A model generated the notes under the pieces. That model saw only the letters and a list, made by a program, of their open reading frames with translations, ran no database searches and was not told the origin of the DNA. DNA of 64,000 nucleotides. Source: an uncultured delta proteobacterium (GTDB lineage Bacteria > Myxococcota > Myxococcia > Myxococcales > Myxococcaceae). A program made the translations under genes and the position numbers. Positions within the stretch are counted from its first letter, which is position 1, and each line of letters begins with the position of its first letter. This document shows, one piece after another, positions 11,305 through 23,833 of the stretch. The stretch spans positions 32,001 to 96,000 of the forward strand of contig CAVYSY010000032.1 of NCBI GenBank assembly GCA_963771175.1, written 5' to 3'.

Positions 11305-14300
11305 TCAGCGGAAGAGGCCGCCCTTCTTGGGGGGCGGCGGATTCTTCTTGCGCATCTCGATGAGGCGCAGCTCCTGGTTGGCCTCGAGGTGCTTGGGGTT
11401 GGCGCGCACCGCCTCGCGGAAGTGGCGCTCGGCGCGGTCCATGTCGCCCTCGACGCGGGCGATGACGCCGAGCTGGTAGTGGGCCCGGTCGCAGTTCGGC
11501 GTCCCGCTTGAGCGCCTCGGCCATCATCTGCTTGGCCTTGGGAGCCTCGGCCTTGCGCTGCGGGTCCATGTAGATGGCCCACGCGCAGGCGGCGAGGTAC
11601 AGGGCCTTGGGGTCGGCGCTGTAGGCGCGCTCGAAGTGCTCCACCGCGGCCGCGAAGTCCCGCTTGCGGAAGAAGACCTCGCCCATCTTGAAGAGGTCGT
11701 TCGGGTCCACTCCGCCGGGCCGGGCGGGCGCTCTGCGCGGCGCACCCTGGTGCGCAGCTCCTGGAGGTAGGCCGCGCGCTTCGCGTCGTCGTAGAGGACC
11801 TCGTAGGCCTCGCGGATGGCCTCGAAGACGGCGGTCATCTTGGGCGCGAGCGCGGAGAGCGCCGGCGGCAGGCGGTCCGGGTGGAAGCGCTTGGCGAGCC
11901 CGAGGAACGCGGTCTTCACCTGCTCGCGCGTCACCTCCGGACCGATCGTCAGACCGAGCATGGTGAAGTGGTCACGCTTCGCCTGCACGTCGGCGTAGCC
12001 GCTGCTCGATGAGCTGGGCGAGCTGCTGCTCGTCGAGACCGCTCGGGGCCGACGCTCCGGGAGCGGGGCGCGAAGTCGCGGGCGAGGGAGCAGCGGGAGC
12101 GACCCCGGGGCCGCGGTGGGACGGGGCGCGGCGGGCCCCAGTGCCTCCATGGTGCGCTGGAGCAGGCGCTGGCGACGGAGCTTCGACGCCTCGTCGGTGG
12201 GCTCGCCCGCCAGATCGTCCTCATCGAGGGCCAGGTCGTCCCAGTCGTCGGGCGGCTGGGCGGCGCCGGTCTGGTCCGGGGTGGCGGTGCTGACCGCCGG
12301 AGAAGGCGCGGGGGCCGGGGACCCGGGAGAGACCCCAGGAGTGGCCTGGACGCGGGCCTTCACCGTCGGCGCGACGGCGGGAGCGCGGGCCTGGGGGACC
12401 TCGGTCTGGACGAGGGACTCCAGGTGGGCATCGACCTGCTGCAGCGCGGCCTCGAAGGAGGCACTCATGTCCCCGGGAGCCACGGCGGACGCGTTGGCCC
12501 CGTCGAAGGTCACGATGCGCCAGAGGTCGTCATCGCCAGCGGGGCGAGGTGCGTCCGGTCCCAGCCGGAGCGGCTGCATGGACGCGGGCGCGGGCGCGGC
12601 GGGTGCATTGGCACGGGCCGACAAATTCGGAGGAACAGCGACCCGCCGAGGCGGGCGCGGGGGCCGCGGGCAGTACGGAGAGCCCGGAGGAACAACACCC
12701 GCCGAGGCGGGCGCGGGGGCCGCGGGAGTGCGGAGACCCGGAGGGACAGCACCCGCCGGAGCGGGCGCGGGGGACGCGGGAGAACGGAGACCCGGAGGGA
12801 CGGCGGCCCGAGGCGGCACGGTTGGCTGCGGGCGTGCGGCCGGCGGAGGTACAGAGGGAGCGGCGGTGACAGGGGCAGTGGGCACGGCGCAGCCACTGGC
12901 CCGGCGGGGAGGGCATCCATGAGCCACTCCTCGGGAGCAGGAGCTCCGGCTCGCCGCATCGCCTCCTGCATGTCCTGCATCAGCGCGGCATTGGCCCGTT
13001 CGCGCGCGAGCTGGAGCAGCGGCCGTATCCTCCTGGACGGGCAGCTCCTCGCTGTCCGGGCTCCGGGCCAGCTCCAGGCCACTCGGGCCCGTCGCCAGCT
13101 CCAGCTCGCCAGAGCCCTCGGATGTATCGCTCGGGAAGGCGTCGAACCAGACCTCGGAGGCGGGCGCGACCTCGGAGAGGGAGTCCTCGACCTTGGCGCC
13201 GAGCGTCGTTCCCGCGGCGGGCGCGGCGGGTGTAGCGGCGAACCGACCGACTTCGGACAACGGGAAGTCGATTGGCGACGCGGTGAGGATCAGCTCCTCA
13301 TCCTGCAACTCGGCCGACTCAGCGAGGCGAGCCACATCCGAGAGCTGAGACACCTCGGAGGGACGCAGCTGGTCGGCGAGGAGCTGTGCCTCCGCGAGGC
13401 GCTTCTCTTCCGCGAGACGCGCGGCTTCAGCACGCCGTTTCTCCTCGACGATTCGCTTCTCTTCCGCGAGACGCGCGGCTTCAGCGCGGCGAGCCGCTTC
13501 GGCCCGACGAGCAACCTCGGCACGACGGGCCTCCTCAGCGAGTCGAGCCTCTTCAGCGAGTCGAGCCTCCTCAGCGAGTCGAGCCTCCTCAGCGAGTCGA
13601 GCCTCTTCAGCGAGTCGAGCCTCCTCAGCGAGTCGAGCCTCTTCAGCGAGTCGAGCCTCCTCAGCGAGTCGAGCCTCTTCAGCGAGGCGAGCCTCTTCGG
13701 CGCGGCGAGCTCCTCTTCCGCAGCCCGACGCGCCTCTTCCGCGAGCCGAGCCTCTTCCGCGAGCCGAGCCTCTTCGGCCAGCCGGGCCTCCTCTTCAAGA
13801 CGGGCCTCTTCGGCCGACGAGCCTCTTCAGCGAGTCGAGCCTCTTCGGCAAGGCGAGCCTCTTCTGCGACCCGACGGCCTCTTCGGCAAGACGAGCCTCT
13901 TCCGCGAGGCGGGCCTCTTCGGCGAGTCGAGCCTCTTCAGCCGAGTCGCGCCTCTTCGGCCAGCCGCGCCTCTTCCGCGAGGCGGGCCTCTTCGGCGAGT
14001 CGAGCCTCTTCGGCCAGCCGCGCCTCTTCGGCGAGGCGCGCCTCTTCAGCGAGCCGCGCCTCTTCCTCTGCCCGGCGCCGCAACTCTTCGGCGAGACGAG
14101 CCTCTTCGGCCAGTCGCGCCTCTTCGGCCAGCCGCGCCTCTTCCGCGAGGCGGGCCTCTTCGGCGAGGCGGGCCTCTTCCGCGAGGCGAGCCTCTTCAGC
14201 GAGCGGGCCTCTTCGGCGAGTCGGGCCTCTTCCGCGAGGCGCGCCTCTTCAGCCAGCCGCGCCTCTTCCGCGAGGCGGGCCTCTTCGGCGAGGCGGGCCT

Positions 14301-16120
14301 CTTCAGCGAGCCGAGCCTCTTCCGCGAGCCGAGCCTCTTCCGCGAGCCGAGCCTCTTCCGCGAGCCGAGCCTCTTCGGCGAGCCGAGCCTCTTCCGCGAG
14401 GCGGGCCTCTTCGGCCAGCCGCGCCTCTTCCGCGAGGCGGGCCTCTTCGGCGAGCCGAGCCTCTTCAGCGAGCCGAGCCTCTTCCGCGAGGCGAGCCTCT
14501 TCTTCAGCCCGGCGCCGCTCCTCTTCAGCCTGGCAGCCGCGCCTCTTCGGCCAGGCGCGCCTCTTCCGCGAGGCGGGCCTCTTCGGCCAGTCGCGCCTCT
14601 TCAGCGAGCCGCGCCTCTTCCGCGAGCCGAGCCTCTTCTTCAGCCCGGCGCCGCGCCTCTTCGGCGAGTCGCGCCTCTTCGGCGAGGCGCGCCTCTTCCG
14701 CGAGGCGGGCCTCTTCGGCGAGCCGGGCCTCTTCGCGAGCCGGGCCTCTTCGGCGAGCCGCGCCTCTTCCGCGAGCCGCGCCTCTTCCGCGAGCCGCGCC
14801 TCTTCGGCCAGCCGCGCCTCTTCCGCCAGCCGCGCCTCTTCCGCGAGGCGGGCCTCTTCGGCGAGTCGCGCCTCTTCCTCTTCCTCTGCCCGGCGCCGCG
14901 CCTCTTCGGCGAGGCGGGCCTCCTCCGCGAGTCGGGCCTCTTCAGCGAGTCGCGCCTCTTCCGCGAGGCGGGCCTCTTCAGCCAGCCGCGCCTCTTCTGC
15001 CGGCGCCGCGCCTCTTCCGCGAGGCGGGCCTCTTCCGCGAGCCGAGCCTCTTCGGCCAGTCGGGCCTCTTCCGCGAGGCGGGCCTCTTCGGCCAGTCGCG
15101 CCTCTTCGGCCAGCCGCGCCTCTTCCGCGAGGCGGGCCTCCTCGGCCAGTCGCGCCTCTTCGGCCAGTCGGGCCTCTTCAGCGAGTCGCGCCTCTTCGGC
15201 CAGTCGCGCCTCTTCAGCCAGCCGCGCCTCTTCGGCCAGTCGCGCCTCTTCCGCGAGGCGGGCCTCCTCCGCGAGCCGCGCCTCCTCCGCGAGCCGGGCC
15301 TCTTCGGCCAGTCGCGCCTCTTCCGCGAGGCGCGCCTCTTCTTCGGCCCGCCGCCGAGCCTCCTCGGCCCGCCGCGCCTCTTCCGCGAGTCGGGCCTCTT
15401 CAGCCAGTCGCGCCTCTTCCTCTGCCCGCCGCCGAGCCTCTTCTTCCGCCCGCCGCCGAGCCTCCTCCGCCCGCCGCGCCCGCTCGCGGGCCTCCCACTC
15501 CTCAATGCACAGCGACTCGACGAGGCCCTCGCGCTCGAGGAGGTGGAGCAGCACCTCCTGGGCGGGCGCCAGCACCTCCAAGCGCTGGAAGTCCGTCAAC
15601 GTCTCGAGGAAAGCCGTCTCTTCCTCCTCCGTCACCCACGGGGCGCACGCCTCCACGTCCGCGCAGCGGTACATGCGCGCCACGGGGGCATCGGCGCGCG
15701 CGGGCTCGAGCGCGGCGCGGACGACGCGAGTGCCCGCGATGGGGCGGAACATCTCGCTCCACCCCACCCGCCTCGAACGCGGCGCGCTCGGCGAGCGCGC
15801 TCAACCGCCGCACCTGGGCGAGCACCTGCTGCTCCGCCACCACCTCCCGGTGCCAGCCCGAGCTCCTCCAGCAGGTCCTCGTCCGGAGCCCCGGCGCTGT
15901 CCCGGGCCCACAGCGCGTCCAGCATCTCCGCCCGCAGCGTCCGGCCTGCAGCAGCGCCTGCACGGGCGTCTGGAACCCGAAGCCAATCCGCGTCCCCACC
16001 AGGTCTCCGCCCTGCAGGAAGAGCGAGCGACTCACGCCCTCCGGCGTGCAGGGTGAGCCGGCCGGTGGCGCGGGACTTGTGGGCGGAGTACAGCGCTTCG
16101 GCGACCTGCGAGGGGGGCAT
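11305..16120 (-). CDS. Giant DnaJ-domain protein: DUF4388/PATAN-like N-terminus, EEARLA repeat rod, Pro/Ala linker, J domain, TPRs (many frameshifts)
   Basis: N-terminus [19 protein letters not shown]; (EEARLA)n; [34 protein letters not shown] domain; TPRs ([20 protein letters not shown]); ends KKGGLFR* at 11305. Confidence 0.75.
12629..12805 (-). repeat. ~54-bp tandem repeat, ~3 copies (18-aa Pro/Ala unit)
   Basis: Recurring GGAGG(A/G)ACA.CACCCGCCG...GCGGGCGCGGGGG.CGCGGG, encoding AVPPGLR.PA.PAPA.AG. Confidence 0.75.
13530..15480 (-). repeat. 18-bp coding tandem repeat, roughly 100-110 copies, encoding EEARLA
   Basis: Plus-strand unit GCCTCTTC(C/G/A)GC(G/C)AG(C/G/T)CG(C/A/G) repeated continuously, with occasional EEARRRA variants. 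Confidence 0.95.
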
Positions 16121-16153
16121 GCGACGCCCCAGTGTAGTCCTTCCGCCCCTCCC

Positions 16154-16664
16154 TCAACTCGCCGGCGTGCCCGCCCGCCCGGCCGCCTCGCCGAGCTGCA
16201 CCTGCCGCAGGGCCTCGTAGGTGGCGATCCCCACCGCGGTGGAGAGGTTGAGGCTGCGGCGCTCGGGGAGCATGGGGATGGTGACGGGCGTCCCCGAGCC
16301 CCCGGCCACGCACTGTCCGGGGCAGCCCCTGCGTCTCCGAGCCGAACACCAGGTGGTCTCCCGGCTCGAAGCGCGCCGCGTACAGGGATGTCGCGGCGCG
16401 CGGCGGAGAAGAGCCAGCGCCGCGCCGCGGGCACGTCCGCCAGGTAGGCGTCGTAGTCCGGGTAGAGCTTCAGGAAGACCTTGTCCCAGTAGTCGAGCCC
16501 GGCGCGCTTGAGGTCGCGGTCGGCGATGGAGAAGCCCGAGCGGCTCGACGAGGATGAGCCGGCAGCCGGTGACGGCGCACAGCCGGGCCACGTTGCCGGT
16601 GTTGGGGGGAATCTGCGGGGCGACCAGGACGAGGTGGAAGGGGCTGCGCCAGGGGCTCGAGCAT
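16154..16664 (-). CDS. trmL: tRNA (cytidine(34)-2'-O)-methyltransferase, SpoU family (frameshifted)
   Basis: [70 protein letters not shown]. Confidence 0.92.
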
Positions 16665-16682
16665 GGGGTAGAAGCGCGCGAC

Positions 16683-17042
16683 ATGCGCCTGAGGGTGAAC
16701 AACGTGCACGCGGGACCGCCTGCTGGCGGATCGCGCCCAGCGCGCCACGAGCTTCGTGGACCGGTTCATGGGGCTGATGGGCCGCGCGGCGCTGCCCTTG
16801 GGCGAGGGGCTGCACATCGAGCCCTGCAACTCCATCCACACCTTCTTCATGCGCATCCCCATCGACGTGGCCTTCCTCGACGCGGAGGGGGTCATCGTCA
16901 AGCAGCTCTCGGCCCTGCCCCCCTGGAGGGCGACCGCGGTGTACTTCCGGGCGACGCTCGGTGCTGGAGCTGCCCGCCGGGACGCTCGCAGGCGAGCGGC
17001 ACCCAGGAGGGGGATCGGCTGCGCTTCGAGCCGGTCGCTTGA
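16683..17042 (+). CDS. DUF192 family protein (frameshifted)
   Basis: [39 protein letters not shown]..., ending [10 protein letters not shown]. Confidence 0.85.
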   Translation: MRLRVNNVHAGPPAGGSRPARHELRGPVHGADGPRGAALGRGAAHRALQLHPHLLHAHPHRRGLPRRGGGHRQAALGPAPLEGDRGVLPGDARCWSCPPGRSQASGTQEGDRLRFEPVA

Positions 17043-17159
17043 GCCTCCACGGACCGTGAAGGACAACCCCGGCATTCGGGGCTTTGACCCGCCTCGTGGC
17101 GCTTTGTTAACCTGCCCGTCTTCCACGGCACTCCTGGACTCGTTGGAGACTCACCGAGC

Positions 17160-17934
<775 letters not shown>

Positions 17935-17956
17935 GCGTCGTGAGCCGCCCCGCGGG

Positions 17957-19043
17957 TTACCCCGAGCGGGAGCCTCCACGGACGCTCGGACTGCGCGTCG
18001 AGCGGCGCGGGCACCCGGTGCGTGCCCCACGCCACGACGTCCACCAGCTCCTCGCCGGGAGCCACCTCGGTGCTCCTCGAGCACGGCGCAGCGCTCGAGC
18101 CGCGCCCCCGCGCCCACGCGCGCGACCTGGCGCCCACGGACACCGCGGCGCCCAGCGCGCACCCCGTCCGCCAGCGGCGCACCCGCGCGCACGAAGTACG
18201 CCGGGCCCGTCACCTGCAGCGCCGCCCGAGCGCGCGCCGTCGGGATGCGACCCAGGAGTTCCCCTGCCCGCGCGGCGCGGCGGCGAACGGCGAGGCCGCC
18301 CCCAGGCCCGCCAGAGGACACGCTGCCCGGAGAGCACGTCGCGCACCGTGGCCAGGTAGCGCGCCGGGCGTGCCCAGGTCGGACCAGTACGCGCGCACCA
18401 CGCTCGCCGCGCACGGTGAGGCCCGCCTCCATCATCCGCACGTAGACGTCGCGGTTGATGTCCTCGGGGCCCTCGGGGCGCATGAAGTCGAAGACGCGGG
18501 GGCGCATGACGTGGACGCCGGTGAAGTGCCAGGGGGTGAGCCCCTCGCCGCCCGGACCCGTGCCCGCGATGCGGCGCACCCGGTCGCCGCGCATCCATCT
18601 CCACCGCGGCGTACTTCTCGCCCGCCGGCAGCGGCATGCAGCACCATGGTGGCCGCCGCGCCCGAGGCCCGGTGCGCCGCGACCACGGGGCGCAGGTCCA
18701 CCGGGAAGAGGATGTCCCCGTTGAAGACGACGAAGTCATCGCGCTCGCGAGGAAGTCCCGCAGGCCGCGGATGCCGCCTCCGGTGCCCTGGATGACGGGC
18801 TCGTGCACCACGTGGCAGCGGCAGCCCCGCGCGGGCGCACTCGGCCCGGGCGGTGGCGCGCCATCACGTCCGGCAGGTGGTGGGTGTTGATGCCCACCTC
18901 GCTCACGCCGGCGCGCCCGCAGCACCGCCAGGTGGTAGCGCAGCAGCGGCGCCCCGAGGAGCGGCATCGCCGGCTTGGGCCAGCGCTCGGTGAGCGGGCC
19001 GCAGGCGCGTGCCCAGCCCCGCGCAGAGGATCATCGCCTTCAT
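17957..19043 (-). CDS. Sugar-phosphate nucleotidyltransferase, MurU/GMPP-like (frameshifted; 3' end approximate)
   Basis: MKAMILCAGLGTRLRP, GINTHHLP, HEPVIQGTGGGIR, FNGDIL, FTGVHVM, YWSDLGTP; hexapeptide-like C-terminus. Confidence 0.85.
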
Positions 19044-20118
19044 GTGCGGCCCCTCCCTGCTCCAGGCAGCCCAGCTCGGGGACGTAGCTGCGCGACCAGC
19101 TTCTGCAGCCCGGCGCAGCTCCGGCCGACGCGTGAAGGCCGTCGCGCACGTAGCGCAGCGATGGCCGGGATGGACACCAGGAAGCCCGGGTTGCCCTTCA
19201 CCCGGTTGATGAACTCGAAGCGGCCCGCGTCCTTCAGCTTGCGCTGGATGGTGAGCAGGTCGAAGAAGGCCTTGAACGGACCCCGCGCTCGATGCGCTCG
19301 CCCGCTCGCCTCGGCGAAGGTCGGCGATGTAGCGGTCGAGCATGCGCGTCCACGAAGTCGCGGTCCAGCTCCACGTAGCTGTCGCGCAGCAGCGCCACCA
19401 GGTCGTACTGGCGCGGGCCCTGGAGCGCGTCCTGGAAGTCGATGACCACCAGCTCGCCCTCCTTCACCATGATGTTGCGGCTCTGGTAGTCGCGGTGGGT
19501 GAAGCCGCGCGGCGCGGCGGCGAGCTGCTTCGCGATGTCGCGGAAGGTGCTGTCCAGCTCGGCGCGCTCGGCGTCGGTGGGCTTCTTGCCGCTCCACACC
19601 TCGAGGCCCCACTCGCGGAAGTGGTGCAGCTCCCAGTCGTAGAGGTCCTCGTCGAAGGCGCGGGTGAAGGCGAGGCACTCCGGGTCCGGGCTGACGCTCG
19701 GCCTGCGGCGCGCAGGCGGGCCAGCAGGTCCACCGCGCGGGTGTAGAGCGCCTGGCTGTGCTTGCCGCCCTCCAGCGCCGCCTCGAAGGTGAGGTCGCTC
19801 GAGGTCCTCGAGCACCATCATCCCCGCGGGCTCGTCGTAGCGGAGGATGCGCGGCACGCGGACGCCCAGCTTCTCCAGGTAGCGGTGCACGTTGACGAAG
19901 GGCAGCTCCTTGGGCGGCTCGCCCTTGGAGGCCTCCTCGCTCTTCTTCGCGCGCCTCCGGGGGCATCACCATGACCACCCAGCTCTCGGGGGCTGCGCCC
20001 ACGCGGTAGTAGGAGCGGTTGCTCGCGTCGCCCTTGAGCTTCGTGCACTGGGGGCCTGGGGCACGGGGCGGCCGATGGCCTTCCCCACCTGGTCGCGCAG
20101 CGCGGCCTCGAGTTCCAT
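19040..20118 (-). CDS. Aminoglycoside-phosphotransferase-family sugar kinase, AmgK-like (frameshifted)
   Basis: LKGDASNRSYYR (manual translation), VLEDL, FTHRDYQSRNIM, VIDFQDALQGPRQYDLVALLRDSY, QRKLKDAGRF; directly upstream of the nucleotidyltransferase. Confidence 0.85.
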
Positions 20119-20420
20119 AGATGAACGATTCTCCCTGGGTAGTGAGAGGGAGGCGCGCGAGTATGGGAGTGCCGGGGGGGCCGGGTCAAAACGTCCTGTG
20201 CGGGACATTTCATGGCTGGTCGTGTCCCCGACATGCCAGTGCCAGGGCCCGGGTGGCCGGCCGCTACACGGGCTCGCGCGTCCTGCCGCGACGTGTCGGA
20301 AGCACCCGGAGCGCGGGCCTGTTGCACCCTGATGGGGGACGGGCAACCGGACGAGGTCGACCGGCACCACCGGGGCGGTTATAAGGACCGCCGAGTTCTC
20401 CTCCCTCACGAGAGCTTCCG

Positions 20421-21786
20421 ATGGACATCCACGAGCACGATTCTCTCCGCCATTGGCCACACGCCGCTGGTCAAGCTCAACCGCTGGTCGGCCCCAACGA
20501 CGCGACCGTGCTGGTCAAGTGCGAGTTCATGAACCCCGGCGCGTCCATCAAGGACCGCATGGCCCTCTACATCATCGAGAAGGCCGAGAAGGAGGGGAAG
20601 CTCAAGCCCGGCGGCACCATCGTGGAGAACACGAGCGGCAACACGGGCATGGGCGTGGCGCTGGCCGCGGCGGTGAAGGGCTACAAGTGCATCTTCACGA
20701 TGCCGGACAAGATGTCGCTGGAGAAGATCAACCGCCTCAAGGCGCTGGGCGCGCAGGTGGTGGTGACGCCGACGAACGTGCCGGCCGAGGATCCGCGCAG
20801 CTACTACGAGACGGCCAAGCGCCTGCACCGGGAGACGCCGGGCGCGTTCATGCTCAACCAGTACCACAACCCGGACAACATCGAGGCCCACTACAAGATT
20901 ACGGGTCCGGAGATCTACGAGCAGACGGAAGGCAAGTTCGACTACTTCGTGTCGGGCCTGGGCACCGGCGGCACGATGAGCGGCGCGGGCAAGTTCCTCA
21001 AGGAGAAGATTCCGGGCCTGAAGAACGTGGGCGTGGACCCGGAGGGCTCGGTGTACGAGGGCTACTTCAAGACGGGCAAGCTGACCGAGCCGCACGTCTA
21101 CAAGGTCGAGGGCATCGGCGAGGACATGCTGTGCGGCGCCATGGACTTCAAGGTCGTGGACGACATCCGCCAGGTGGATGACCGCCAGAGCTTCGTGGCG
21201 GCGCGGCGGCTGGCGCGCGAGGAGGGCATCTTCGCGGGTGGCTCGGCGGGCGCGGCGGTGCACGTGGCGGTGCAGCTCGCCAAGGAGGTCGGCAAGGGCA
21301 AGACGATCGTCGTCATCGCTGCCCGACACCGGCATGAGCTACATCAGCAAGTTCCACTCGGACGAGTGGATGCGCGACAACGGCTTCCTGGAGGAGAAGG
21401 GCGCCGGCACGGTGCGCGACCTGCTCAGCGGCAAGAGCGAGGTGATCACGGCGCGCAAGGGCCAGCGGGTGGACCAGGTGGTGGAGACCATGCGCAACCA
21501 CGGCATCAGCCAGATGCCGGTGCTGGACGAGGACGGTCGCGCGGTGGGGATGATCCACGAGTACGACCTGCTCAACGCGCTGGTGGCGAACAAGGTGAAG
21601 TTCGCGGACACCATCGACAGCATCGTGGCGCCGCTGCAGGGCGTCGTCTCTCCGGAGACGAGCCTCAACCGGCTGCGCGAGGTGTTCGATCAGGACAAGG
21701 TCGCGGTGGTGAAGGAGGGCGAGAAGATCGTCGCCATCGTGACGAAGATCGACCTGATCGAGCACATGCACCGCACCGCGGCGTAA
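20421..21786 (+). CDS. cbs: Cystathionine beta-synthase with C-terminal CBS pair (frameshifted)
   Basis: IGHTPLVKL, KCEFMNPGASIKDR, ENTSGNTG, GLGTGGT, VEGIG, PDTGMSYISKFHSDEWM; CBS domains (ISQMPV, IVTKIDL). Confidence 0.92.
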
Positions 21787-21816
21787 TGCGAATCCCCGGA
21801 GCACGAATGGAAGCAG

Positions 21817-21856
21817 GGCCCCGGACGCCATCAGGTGTCGCGGGGCCTTGTTTTTG
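21817..21856 (+). terminator. Intrinsic terminator after cbs
   Basis: GGCCCCG GACGCC-ATCA-GGTGTC GCGGGGCC hairpin followed by TTGTTTTT. Confidence 0.75.
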
Positions 21857-21908
21857 GCCCCCGTGGCGCGGCTTGCCGCTCCCGGGGCGCGGGTACAAGG
21901 TGAAGGGG

Positions 21909-22136
21909 ATGGATGACCTGGACGTGAACGACGTGGCCGTGAAGGAGGCGGTGCAGCGGGCCTGCGTGGACGTGGGCCTGCCCCTCTCCTATCGGTCGGT
22001 GGTGAGCCAGATGCTGCGGACCCCGTCCTCCGAGTGGCCCGCGTGCTGCGGCGAGGGCTGCTTCCCGTGCCAGCAGTCGCTGGCGGATGCGGTGCATCGC
22101 ACGCTGGAGCTGCTCGGCCGGCCCGCCCCGAGGTAG
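21909..22136 (+). CDS. Small Cys-motif protein (CCGEGCFPC)
   Basis: 75-aa ORF after GAAGGGG; CCGxGCxPC motif resembles the oxidoreductase-like N-terminal Cys domain. Confidence 0.65.
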   Translation: MDDLDVNDVAVKEAVQRACVDVGLPLSYRSVVSQMLRTPSSEWPACCGEGCFPCQQSLADAVHRTLELLGRPAPR

Positions 22137-22209
22137 CCCGGCCGGGGAGGAGCAAGGCGGCCTCGGGTTGGGATATGCTCCACGCCCGCACTCGCGGTGC
22201 ATCCTTCCC

Positions 22210-23807
22210 ATGACTCCTTCGCGTCTCCGCTCGCTCCCCGCGCTCCTCGCGTCCCTCACCCTGCTGTCCTGCGCCGGTCCCCGCATCGAGTCGCAGAACC
22301 TCCAGCCGCCACCGCCCGCGGCCAATGGGGGTCGCCCGGTGTCGGATCCGCCTCCGTCGCGCATCGTCATCCACGCCACCATCTTCCGGGAGGCCCTCAC
22401 CAAGAAGATGGCCGAGAGCCTGCCCCGCTCGGGCGAGGGCGATGCCCAGCTCTTCGCCGGGCAGACGCTCCACTACACCTGGCAGCGCGAGCCGGTGACG
22501 CTCAAGTTCGACCGCGGCCGCGTCGTGGTGGGCGTCAAGGTCAACGGCCGCTTCAACATGATGGGCGAGCGCGAGATGCCCATCGCCATCACCATCGCCG
22601 GCGAGCCCGTGATGACCGCGGACTTCAAGGCGCTCCTGCAGTCCACCGAAGTGCAGGTGGTGGCCTCGGGCCCGGTGGATGCCGTCAACCGCAGCATCGA
22701 GGCCAAGCTGCACGACCTCATCACCCAGACGCTCGACACGTTCCGCTTCGACGTGCGTCCGCTGGTGGCCAGCGCCTTCGCCCGCCTCGCCCGCCCCATC
22801 GAGATTCCCGTGGGCGGCGACCAGGTGGCCTGTGCCGAGCTGAAGGTGACCAACCTGGAGGCCGCTCCCACCGTGCTCGCCGACGGCATGGAGAAGGACC
22901 TCGGCATCGTCGTGATGCCCTCGGTGACGCTGCCCTGCACCCCGGTGGCCAGCCTCGCCGCCGCCCCCGCCAGCGGTGATGGGGGCACCCCGGCCGATGC
23001 CGGCGCGCAGACGGCCAGCGTCGATGCCGGCTCCCCGGCCACCAGTGGCAACACCCAGTTCGCCAGCTACACCCCGGGCCCGAGCGTCACTCCGGGCACG
23101 GACGGTGGGACGCCGGGCACCGACGCCGGCACCCAGCTCGCGAGCGCGGGCGGGCCGATGGCGGCTCCCCGGGCCTGGACGCGGGCACTCCGGCCACGCA
23201 GGTGACGATGCCGCTGCTGCAGAACGTCTCCACCCTGCCCTCCGGCCCCTTCAAGGTGACCATCCCCGTGGCCGCCCGCTACGAGGAGCTCTCCAAGGCG
23301 CTCGAGGCCTCCATGAATGGACGCCTCTTCTTCTCCGCGTCCAACCCCGAGCTCTACATGGAGAACCCCCAGGTCTACCCGTCGGATGACACGGTGGTCA
23401 TCAAGATGAACCTGGGGGGCAAGGCCCAGGTGGGCAACTACGCCATTCCCGTGGGCGGCGAGCTCTACTTCGCCGGCCATCCCCACGTGATGGACAACCA
23501 GCTCTCCGTGCCCGACCTCGAAATCACCCCGGGCACCGCCAGCGAGCTGGTGAAGCTCAAGTTCGCCCTGGACTACCAGTCCATCCGCGACCAGGCCCGA
23601 CAGGCGCTCCGCGTGGACGTCTCCGAGCGGCTGGCGGCGGTGAAGGACAAGATGTCCACCGAGCTGTCCTTCTCCGAGGACATGGGCTGCGTGCGCGGCC
23701 AGGTGCTGCGCACCGAGGTGACGGGCGTCTACCCTCACCCGACCTTCCTGCGCATCTACGTGCAGGTGGACGCCCAGGTGGGGCTGTACCTGCCCTGCAA
23801 GAAGTAG
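22210..23807 (+). CDS. DUF4403-like lipoprotein (frameshift near 23170-23200)
   Basis: Lipobox LTLLSC; beta-rich domains split by a low-complexity DGGT linker; second ORF 23202-23807 continues it. Confidence 0.65.
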
Positions 23808-23833
23808 CTCCTTCGCTTGCGTGGGGGTGAACC

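Noticed and set aside
13530..15480. CRISPR array or non-coding satellite
   Set aside because: Units are contiguous 18-mers with no unique spacers, vary at synonymous positions and encode EEARLA; no cas genes nearby.
12424..16220. 1210-aa and 944-aa plus-strand ORFs
   Set aside because: Antisense shadows of the repeat gene; low complexity and no domains.
20421..22136. Single 571-aa CBS fusion with a Cys-rich tail
   Set aside because: Artefact of a frameshift near 21320; cbs ends at 21786 and a terminator separates it from the small ORF.
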